A stretch of 32,000 bases of DNA, taken from Clostridium sp. N3C. Lineage in GTDB: Bacteria > Bacillota > Clostridia > Clostridiales > Clostridiaceae. The position numbers were made by a program, and so were the translations under genes. Of this stretch, positions 1 through 7,528 are shown piece by piece. The first letter of the stretch is position 1, and each line of letters begins with the position of its first letter. The notes beneath the pieces were generated by a model that was not told the DNA's origin, made no database searches, and saw only the letters and a program-made list of their open reading frames with translations. The stretch is taken from assembly GCF_900095445.1 (NCBI RefSeq), contig NZ_FMJL01000011.1, positions 57,401 to 89,400 on the forward strand, written 5' to 3'.

Positions 1-1052
1 TTTTTACCACTGCGTAAATTTTCCACCACCTGTTCTACTACGTGAACACTAGCTGGCGGATGACAATTAGCTACGGTTCTTCCTATAACCGCCTTAGTTC
101 TAGCAAAAATTCTTTCACTACTGTTAGAGAAATATTTAACAATCCCATTCTTATCTACAAAGGTTATATCAAAGGGTAAGGTATTAAGCATAGAACTTAA
201 TTCATTAACCTTTAAAATTCCTGTGTCAAACTTTATATATCCCTTATCATTTTCTTCTCCTATTTTATGTTCTTCTTTATTTTCTACATTTACTCTTAAA
301 GGTTTCCACTTTCCTGCCGGTTCAGTTATGCAGTAACCAATTTCATCACTTTCCTCTTCTATGCCTAACCATTCATCTTCTGTAAGTGTATCCATACACA
401 TAGGAAATAAAATATGTTCTTCCTTATATATCATCTCTTCTATTCTATTAATCAAATTTTCTATCATCTCTATTATCTTACTTTTATCTTCTTTTTCTTC
501 TGAAACCGCTTTTTTGCAATTTCTTATATCTTCTCTTATTTCATCATCTACTCCCCACATAACTTTAGGCGGAGCTATAATACCATACTTTTCTAGGTAA
601 GGGAATACTAAATTTTCTTTTCTGCTATAGTGTTTATCTAAATCTCCTAGCAAGTTAATATTATCTAAAAGGTCATATTTAACCTCTTCATTATTTTTAT
701 ATTTTTCAATTTTAGGACGCAACTGCTTATCTATTAGATCTTTAATTGCTTCATTTTCCCTCTTAAAGGTATGAACAGGATGTCCTGGCGATTGCTCTGG
801 GTGATGAATTTCCTCTATAGAGCCTTTAAATACTGCCGCATGCACATCGCACAATCTTTGAATTTCCTCAACCTTCATCCCTTCTTTTATTAGCTGAGCC
901 TCCATTTGAGAAATTTCTGAAGTGGATACCCCCTTAATAAGTTCTTGAAATCTCTCTCTCACTTCCTCCACTGATTTTCCATTATGAAGTTCCATAATAA
1001 GCTCTTTTAGCACTTTTTGTCTATACTCACGATTATTTATTAGTTCGCTCAC
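1..1052 (-). CDS. DUF438 / hemerythrin / PAS-type sensor protein, partial (C-terminus runs off the left window edge); absent from the supplied ORF track
   Basis: Manual reverse-complement translation from GTG at 1052 stays open for 350 codons to base 1: MSELINNREYRQKVLKELIMELHNGKSVEEVRERFQELIKGVSTSEISQMEAQLIKEGMKVEEIQRLCDVHAAVFKG...HPVHTFKRENEAI...HILFPMCMDTLTEDEW...ITFVDKNGIVKYFS...IGRTVANCHPPASVHVVEQVVENLRSGK. The N-terminal segment matches my memory of DUF438, the middle has hemerythrin-like His/Glu helices, and the C-terminal part is a PAS-like NCHPP segment. An AGGA-type SD lies upstream. Confidence 0.8.
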   Translation of the reverse strand, partial: MSELINNREYRQKVLKELIMELHNGKSVEEVRERFQELIKGVSTSEISQMEAQLIKEGMKVEEIQRLCDVHAAVFKGSIEEIHHPEQSPGHPVHTFKRENEAIKDLIDKQLRPKIEKYKNNEEVKYDLLDNINLLGDLDKHYSRKENLVFPYLEKYGIIAPPKVMWGVDDEIREDIRNCKKAVSEEKEDKSKIIEMIENLINRIEEMIYKEEHILFPMCMDTLTEDEWLGIEEESDEIGYCITEPAGKWKPLRVNVENKEEHKIGEENDKGYIKFDTGILKVNELSSMLNTLPFDITFVDKNGIVKYFSNSSERIFARTKAVIGRTVANCHPPASVHVVEQVVENLRSGK

Positions 1053-1090
1053 TCCATCTCGTCCTTTCTAAATCAAATTTTATTAACATA

Positions 1091-1648
1091 CTATTGCCAG
1101 TTCTTTTCTAATTCTTCCACCATAGATTCATATTTATTCTGTATTTTATTTTTCAAAGCTTCCTCCTCTACTTTTTCACAAGCTTCATTCACATAAGTTA
1201 TAGCATCTTCCTTTAAGGATCTTCTTGCAAAGGTATAAATAACCTTATCTTCCTTATCAATATGCCTATTAAGTAGATCTGCATAGCCCACCCCATTGGC
1301 TATAATATCTACCTTAGAATCCTGATCCCCATTCTTCACTCTTTCCAAAGCCTCTTCAAGACTTTTTACATATAACCTGCCTAGGTCATGTTCCACCAAC
1401 ATTCCGGAAATTGGCGCCCCCACTAGGGTTTCCCCTATATCATCTCTCATCTTTTTAAAGAGGATTTCCTCCTCTTTTCCATGATGATGCTTATCTGTAT
1501 AGTTTCTAATAAAATCTATAATTCTGTTAAAGTCCTCATAAGGAACTTCTTGACCTTTCAAAACAGCTATACACATCTTACGTATAACACTTAAAACTCT
1601 CTTAGTAACCTTATGCTCATGCATCATAAGCTCAATTGCATCTACCAT
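1091..1648 (-). CDS. hemerythrin-like (HHE cation-binding) domain protein
   Basis: Track ORF 1091..1654. I prefer ATG 1648 (MVDAIELMMHEHK...) because a GGGAG SD sits about 8 nt upstream, whereas GTG 1654 abuts it. His/Glu pattern (MHEH, KHHHGKEEE, VEHD, NRHIDKED) is typical of di-iron four-helix-bundle hemerythrin domains. It lies 38 nt upstream of the DUF438 gene on the same strand. Confidence 0.8.
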   Translation of the reverse strand: MVDAIELMMHEHKVTKRVLSVIRKMCIAVLKGQEVPYEDFNRIIDFIRNYTDKHHHGKEEEILFKKMRDDIGETLVGAPISGMLVEHDLGRLYVKSLEEALERVKNGDQDSKVDIIANGVGYADLLNRHIDKEDKVIYTFARRSLKEDAITYVNEACEKVEEEALKNKIQNKYESMVEELEKNWQ

Positions 1649-1784
1649 TTGCACATCTCCCTTTCTTTCAATTTATTTGTCTACATCATAACATTTATTC
1701 TTTCACTATTCTGTAACATTTATTACCACGAAATAATTATTATTCAATTTAAATCTTTTTGTAATCCAAACTTAGAGGTGATAT

Positions 1785-1813
1785 AAAAAAAGCTTTTGCA
1801 TCGGCAAAAGCTT
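1785..1813 (-). terminator. Rho-independent terminator downstream of the SNF2 gene
   Basis: Perfect 10-bp stem AAGCTTTTGC / GCAAAAGCTT (1790-1799 / 1804-1813) with a 4-nt loop. On the minus strand it is followed by a U-run (plus-strand A-run 1785-1791). Confidence 0.8.
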
Positions 1814-1874
1814 CACTGCTCTTTATCATATTAATTATTACTTCATAAATATTATATATTTTATTAGCAGTCTT

Positions 1875-4800
1875 CTAAAGTATAAAAAGCTCCCTAATTT
1901 CAGATTCGCTCAACTTTGATATTAAACTCATTTCACAAGCACTGCCTTCCACTACCTTATCAAAAATCTCCCTTTTCTTTTCTTGCAGGTTATATATTTT
2001 TTCTTCTATTGTGTCCTTGCTTATAAGTTTAATTACTTGTACAGTTTTTTCTTGACCAATTCTATGTGCTCTATCTGTTGCCTGTTGCTCTACTGCAGGA
2101 TTCCACCATGGATCAAAATGAATAACTATATCGGCACCAGTGAGATTTAACCCTGTACCACCGGCCTTGAGGGAAATTAAAAAAATATCCTTGGAACCAG
2201 CATTAAAGTCATTAACTAAATCATTTCTTTCTTGAGCCGGTGTGCTACCATCAAGATAGTAAAAGGCAATTTCCTTATTTCTCAACCTATCTGCTATATT
2301 TTTTAGTACTAAGGTAAATTGAGAAAATATCAGCACTCTATGTTTCTGTTTCAGCATTTCTTCTAACAACTCTTCTAGAGCTTGCATCTTTCCGCTTTCC
2401 CCTTGATAATTCTCTATAAAAAGGGTAGGATCACAGCATATTTGCCTTAACCTGATAAGTAAAGCAATAATCTGAATTTTATTTTTACTTATACCTTCAA
2501 AAAGATGCTCCGTTTCTATTGTTTTTCTTGCGGAAAGCATATATGCATTATAAAGCTTCTTCTGTTCTTCCGTCATATCCACCACAAGCTTATGCTCAAT
2601 CTTAGATGGTAGTTCCTCAATAACATCTTTCTTTAACCTTCTTAATATAAAAGGTTTGATTTGCTTATTTAAAGTAGCAAGAACTTCTTCATCTTCTTCT
2701 CTTACTATAGGAATTTCATATTTTTCAATGAATTTGTGATGATTAAATAAGTATCCTGGCATAATAAAATCAAAAATTGACCAAAGCTCTGTAAGGGAAT
2801 TTTCTAGAGGAGTGCCAGTAAGCGCAAAATATCCTTCAGCATTGATAGATTTTACCGCATAACTATTCTGAGAAAAAGGATTTTTGATATGTTGAGCTTC
2901 ATCCAATATACAGTATTTAAAAGTAATCTTCTTGTAATTTTCAATATCTCTTCTTATTAGTGGATAGGAGGTAATCACCATATCATAATCTTGTATATTA
3001 GCCATAAGTTCTTCTCTTTCCTGAGGACTGCCTGCTATTACAATGACCTTTAACTGAGGTGCAAACTTTTCCGTCTCCCTGTACCAATTGTAAATCAAGC
3101 TGGTAGGCGCCACAACCAATGATGGCCTTTCACCTTTTTCAGATGCAATAAAAGCTATAGTTTGAAGAGTTTTTCCTAGTCCCATCTCATCAGCTAAAAT
3201 TCCTCCAAAACCATAATGAGCTAAAGTTTTTAACCATTTAAATCCTTCCTTTTGATAATTTCTCATTATTTTATCTAGATTATCTGGAAGAAAATAGTTT
3301 GATTTTTTTTCTTCTTCTATCTCCTTCATGAGTTTTTTAAAAGAAAAATCCTTTCTAAAACCTTTTAGATCATCCCTCAAAGCTTCCTCCAAATAAAAGG
3401 CATTATACCTAGGTATTAAGGCACTACCTTTGGAAAAAAGCTCCTTTTCATTTAAATTTAAATACTCCATTACAGAGGCAATTTTACTAAACTCTTGGTG
3501 TTGAAGATCTACAAAGCTGCCATCCTTCAATCTATAATATTTCTTTTTTTGCCTTATAGAATTTAATATATTACTAATCTCCTTAGGATCTATATCCTCC
3601 ATATGAAAATCAAATTGAAGAAGACCTTGATCACTTACCCTAACTCCACTTTTAAGATGTCTATAGTTGTAGAACCTTATATTCCTAAAGGCTTCACTGT
3701 AGTAAACTTCACTGAAACTCTTAAGACTTTCAAGCCCTTCTTCTAAGAACCTAAGTTGATCTTTGTCTTTTTCCATTAGGAATTTTTCACTTTCTCTTAT
3801 GAAACCATAGCTTTCTAAGGCTTCAATAGCTTTTGTTTCCTTATCAAGATCTCTAATTATTATTCCTCTACTTATATGCAAAACTTCCTCTTTTAATGGA
3901 TTTATTTCTAAATCCCCATAGCAAAACTTTACTTCTGCTACAAAGATCTCTTTCTCCTTATCTAAATATATTTTTGTTACAAGCTCTTCCTCATAAAAGG
4001 CGTTCTTAACACTTTCATCTACATATAGAGACTCACTTATTTTCTTAAGACCGGGTATAATATATGAAGCTATTTTTTGTCCTTCTTCTAAATCAAAACA
4101 TATTTTTCTGCTTCTTTCACTCATTATAAAATTATATAAGGGTACATATATTTTTAACTGATCATTGGTAGGAACATAAACATTATCTTTAAAAAAGAAA
4201 AACCTACCATTGGAACTTAAAGGCCTTGGCAATTCTTCCTCATGATGCAATACTATTTCATCGTTACTACCCTTAACCTCAAAATTTAGAGGCATGTTTC
4301 CATGTACTATTTTAACCTTTTTATGCTGCTTGCCCTGAATATTAACATTTATTTCTTTATCCTTTAAAACAGTAAAGAGTCGGTTTAATTGCCTATCTGT
4401 AAAATAAGCTCTTTTGCCCTTTATAAGCATATTAGATTTCCACTCATTAGCGTCCATCATATTACTTATTTCATTTATTTCTAAAAGAAGCTCCATGAAT
4501 TTTTTATCTTCAGGCAAAAACCTCTGCCCCATTGGTTTGAATGTAAATCCTTTACCAAATTCCAAAGGTTGATTTCTCTCTATAGCTTGCAAAAACTGTT
4601 TCATGTTTCTGACAACATATAGCTTATCAATGCCTATTTTTAACTCCACAGAGGATGTAATATGCTCATATATATCATAGAAATAATTAATTTCTAATTT
4701 CAGTTTATCCTTATGTTCCGAAAACTTATAAGCATTGTATTTAATATCCTTCAACAACTTATCTATTTTACTTCTTTCTATACTAAATTGTGATTTTGAA

Positions 4801-5123
4801 TAATATTCTTTTATAAACTTTAGCATAACTGCAACAATATGTTTGCAAAATCCCATCTTTCTATGATTGTCAGCAAAAAAAGGACAATTGCAGTCCACAG
4901 AAATAAAGCCAGTTTTTTCACTTATCAATATTTCAACATAGTATTCATCATAATAGGCAGCCTCTACCGCTGCCACTATCTCATATACATAAAAAGCTTC
5001 ATTCTTATAGTAGTGTTGCTGCACTTCCATTTCTGTAACCTTTCCAGCCTTATAGAAGTCCTCTCCTCGCTGGTAAATTATATTATCTGTATGCTTCTTA
5101 ATTAACTTTTCTGAGATGTTCAT
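1875..5123 (-). CDS. SNF2-family ATPase/helicase with N-terminal SWIM zinc finger (YwqA-like)
   Basis: Track ORF 1875..5129. The second ATG (5123, MNISEK) has better spacing to the GAGGG SD. SWIM CxC...CxH motif: CNCPFFADNHRKMGFCKH. SNF2 motifs: ADEMGLGKT (I), LDEAQHIKN (II), LTGTPLEN. Helicase-C motifs: FSQF, GGTGLNLTGADIVIHFDPWWNPAVEQQATDRAHRIGQ. Confidence 0.9.
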   Translation of the reverse strand: MNISEKLIKKHTDNIIYQRGEDFYKAGKVTEMEVQQHYYKNEAFYVYEIVAAVEAAYYDEYYVEILISEKTGFISVDCNCPFFADNHRKMGFCKHIVAVMLKFIKEYYSKSQFSIERSKIDKLLKDIKYNAYKFSEHKDKLKLEINYFYDIYEHITSSVELKIGIDKLYVVRNMKQFLQAIERNQPLEFGKGFTFKPMGQRFLPEDKKFMELLLEINEISNMMDANEWKSNMLIKGKRAYFTDRQLNRLFTVLKDKEINVNIQGKQHKKVKIVHGNMPLNFEVKGSNDEIVLHHEEELPRPLSSNGRFFFFKDNVYVPTNDQLKIYVPLYNFIMSERSRKICFDLEEGQKIASYIIPGLKKISESLYVDESVKNAFYEEELVTKIYLDKEKEIFVAEVKFCYGDLEINPLKEEVLHISRGIIIRDLDKETKAIEALESYGFIRESEKFLMEKDKDQLRFLEEGLESLKSFSEVYYSEAFRNIRFYNYRHLKSGVRVSDQGLLQFDFHMEDIDPKEISNILNSIRQKKKYYRLKDGSFVDLQHQEFSKIASVMEYLNLNEKELFSKGSALIPRYNAFYLEEALRDDLKGFRKDFSFKKLMKEIEEEKKSNYFLPDNLDKIMRNYQKEGFKWLKTLAHYGFGGILADEMGLGKTLQTIAFIASEKGERPSLVVAPTSLIYNWYRETEKFAPQLKVIVIAGSPQEREELMANIQDYDMVITSYPLIRRDIENYKKITFKYCILDEAQHIKNPFSQNSYAVKSINAEGYFALTGTPLENSLTELWSIFDFIMPGYLFNHHKFIEKYEIPIVREEDEEVLATLNKQIKPFILRRLKKDVIEELPSKIEHKLVVDMTEEQKKLYNAYMLSARKTIETEHLFEGISKNKIQIIALLIRLRQICCDPTLFIENYQGESGKMQALEELLEEMLKQKHRVLIFSQFTLVLKNIADRLRNKEIAFYYLDGSTPAQERNDLVNDFNAGSKDIFLISLKAGGTGLNLTGADIVIHFDPWWNPAVEQQATDRAHRIGQEKTVQVIKLISKDTIEEKIYNLQEKKREIFDKVVEGSACEMSLISKLSESEIRELFIL

Positions 5124-5443
5124 CTCCATCCCTCAATTCTTTGTATTGTTTGCAATAATCACTATATACTACATGTTAATAATTAATCCCCATATTCTTC
5201 AAATTATATAACATTAATAAAATTTAATATTTTATTTTTCATATATTATAAATCCCCATTATATTGTAACATAAAAAAACAAACCTGTATTCTAGCAGCT
5301 AATGATGAAATTAAAAATTGAAAAACTTGAATCTCTATGAAGAATTCTATTCATACTTTTTATACTTTTTTGCGGTTTGTAGGGAATTTTAAAGAAAAAA
5401 CTAATGAAAAACTACTGGTTCTTGAAATTTTCCAAATTAAAAC

Positions 5444-5472
5444 TTGCATTTTTTTATATTTTACAATAATAT
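5444..5472 (+). promoter_or_regulatory. sigma-A-type promoter for the PEPCK-like gene
   Basis: -35 TTGCAT (5444-5449), 17-nt spacer, -10 TAATAT (5467-5472). It lies about 40 nt upstream of the AAGGAG SD and ATG 5515. Confidence 0.55.
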
Positions 5473-5514
5473 AGTAGTATATCATTCTATTAAAAAAGGG
5501 TAAGGAGTTTTGCG

Positions 5515-7383
5515 ATGGAAAAGTCTATATTTAATAAACTAGTATTACAAGAAGATTTAAAAAGAATTCTTGAAAACAAGGAAGTAATCCTTGTAGAAAG
5601 TAGAGAAGATATTCTTGATCTAGCTATGGGAAGACGTGAACAAAATATTTTTGAAGTTTCGTATGAAACTCCTGGCAAAGGCAATGTATTAGAAGCTACC
5701 GTTGTAAGATGTAAAAATGGTATTTCTATAAATTATCCTGAACCTTACATGAGAAGAAGAGAACCAAACAGTATGGTTATTGCTGATTATAAACCTACAG
5801 ATAAACCTACTTTTGTAGAAAGATTCGGTTATGATTTTAGTGAACTTAGAGCTGAAACCTTTAAATGGTTACAAGAACAAGATGAACTTATATTTCTACC
5901 CTTTATGGCAGGAGGCCATGAGTACGGTTATCCATCTGTATTAATAGCTCCAGCTAATGCAGGATTTTTCGTTGGCGCATTAGCGGATATTCAGGGCTTT
6001 ATTCCAAGGAGTAAAATACCAAACAACTTTACACCAAGAGCTGTTTTATACTTAGCTCCACCATTTAGACATACTCACTTTGATGGAAAGCAAGTAGTTG
6101 TTCATAACAGACTTGATAATTATCATGAAGTGTTTTCATACAATTTATATCCAGGCCCTAGTGCAAAGAAAGGTGTTTACAGCATATTACTAGATATCGG
6201 TGAACAGGAAGGTTGGTCAACACTACATGCTTCTGCTGTTAAAATAACTACCCCTTACGAAAATACCTTTACTATCATGCATGAAGGTGCTAGCGGTGGT
6301 GGTAAGAGCGAAATGACAGAGCATTTCCATAGACAACCGGATGGAAGCCTGCTAGTGGGTACCAATTTAGTAACTAATGAAAAATTGTACATTGAATTAA
6401 AAGATGCTTGTGATTTGCAACCGGTAACTGATGATATGGCTTTAGCCCTACCATCCTTACAAAATGGCAGCAAATTAGTTATTAAAGATGCTGAAAATGG
6501 TTGGTTCTTAAGAATAGATCACATAGATGAATATGGTAAAGCTCCAGAAATTGAGAAATTAACTATATATCCACCAGAACCTTTAATATTCCTTAACATA
6601 GACGGAAAGCCTGAAGCTACCTGTCTTATTTGGGAACATACTCTAGATGCTCCTGGCAACCCTTGTCCAAATCCTAGAACTATATTGCCAAGAAAATTTA
6701 TTCATGGTGTTGTGGATGAGCCTGTAGAGGTTGACATAAGAAGCTTTGGTGTTAGAACTCCACCAACTACAAAGGATAAGCCTAATTACGGTATAATAGG
6801 TATATTCCATATACTTCCTCCAGCTTTAGCTTGGTTATGGAGAATGGTAGCTCCTAGAGGACATGCAAACCCAAGCATTACAAGCAGCGATGGTATGAGC
6901 AGTGAAGGTGTAGGTTCCTATTGGCCTTTTGCTACAGGAAGAATGGTTGACCAAGCAAATATATTATTAAAGCAGATTTTATCAACACCTGATACTAAAT
7001 ATATATTAATACCTAACCAACATATAGGTGCTTACCGTGTTGGTTTTATGGGACAATGGATAGCAAGAGAATACTTATCTAGAAGAGGTAACTTCAACTT
7101 TATAAAGGAACCATTGGTATCTTCAAGATGTCCATTACTTGGTTACGCCTTGGAGTCCTTAAGAATTGATGGTCAAACTCTACCAAAGGATCTTCTACAA
7201 GTAGATCTTCAGCCAGAAGTGGGAACAGAAGGTTACGACGCCGGTGCAAAAATCTTAACTGATTTCTTCAAGACAGAATTAGAGAAATTCCTAGTACCTG
7301 ATCTTGATCCATTAGGAAGACAGATTATTGAAACTTGCTTAAGGGACGGTTCATTACAAGAGTATGTTGATTTAATAAAATAA
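5515..7383 (+). CDS. uncharacterised PEPCK/HprK-like P-loop protein (probably the DUF4914 family, from memory)
   Basis: 622-aa ORF with an AAGGAG SD 7 nt upstream. Walker-A-like HEGASGGGKSEM resembles the PEPCK kinase-1a and HprK/P P-loop (G-SG-GKSE). It is preceded by YPGPSAKKGVYSILL...STLHASAV, which parallels the PEPCK YAGEMKKGIFS...MHCSAN block. Later VTDDMA and NPRTILPRKFI are also PEPCK-like. Confidence 0.85.
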   Translation: MEKSIFNKLVLQEDLKRILENKEVILVESREDILDLAMGRREQNIFEVSYETPGKGNVLEATVVRCKNGISINYPEPYMRRREPNSMVIADYKPTDKPTFVERFGYDFSELRAETFKWLQEQDELIFLPFMAGGHEYGYPSVLIAPANAGFFVGALADIQGFIPRSKIPNNFTPRAVLYLAPPFRHTHFDGKQVVVHNRLDNYHEVFSYNLYPGPSAKKGVYSILLDIGEQEGWSTLHASAVKITTPYENTFTIMHEGASGGGKSEMTEHFHRQPDGSLLVGTNLVTNEKLYIELKDACDLQPVTDDMALALPSLQNGSKLVIKDAENGWFLRIDHIDEYGKAPEIEKLTIYPPEPLIFLNIDGKPEATCLIWEHTLDAPGNPCPNPRTILPRKFIHGVVDEPVEVDIRSFGVRTPPTTKDKPNYGIIGIFHILPPALAWLWRMVAPRGHANPSITSSDGMSSEGVGSYWPFATGRMVDQANILLKQILSTPDTKYILIPNQHIGAYRVGFMGQWIAREYLSRRGNFNFIKEPLVSSRCPLLGYALESLRIDGQTLPKDLLQVDLQPEVGTEGYDAGAKILTDFFKTELEKFLVPDLDPLGRQIIETCLRDGSLQEYVDLIK

Positions 7384-7408
7384 AAAATAGGTTTTGCTAC
7401 TATATAAT

Positions 7409-7440
7409 GCCCCAAAAAGTATAACTTTTTGGGGCTATTT
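7409..7440 (+). terminator. Rho-independent terminator after the PEPCK-like gene
   Basis: Stem GCCCCAAAAAG / CTTTTTGGGGC (7409-7435) with a 5-nt loop, followed by TATTT. Confidence 0.65.
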
Positions 7441-7484
7441 ATATATTAGGATTATAATTATATCCAATAGAAATTTCTTATAAA

Positions 7485-7516
7485 TTAAAAGGGCTGCTAC
7501 AAATAATGCAACGCCC
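7485..7516 (-). terminator. probable terminator after metG
   Basis: Minus-strand GGGCGTTGCA...TAGCAGCCC imperfect stem (GGGC/GCCC plus TGC/GCA), followed by TTTTAATTT. It starts 13 nt after the metG stop. Confidence 0.45.
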
Positions 7517-7528
7517 CTATCTCTGTTA

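Noticed and set aside
361-600. Track ORF (+, 79 aa, Ile/Ser/Leu-rich).
   Set aside because: It lies antisense inside the long DUF438/hemerythrin/PAS frame. Its low-complexity composition is typical of a shadow ORF in AT-rich DNA, and it has no SD.
1875-5123. SNF2 ATPase as the core of a phage-defence system.
   Set aside because: No adjacent methyltransferase, nuclease, DUF1998 or Zorya/DISARM-type partner genes are present. The gene is flanked by housekeeping genes and has its own terminator.
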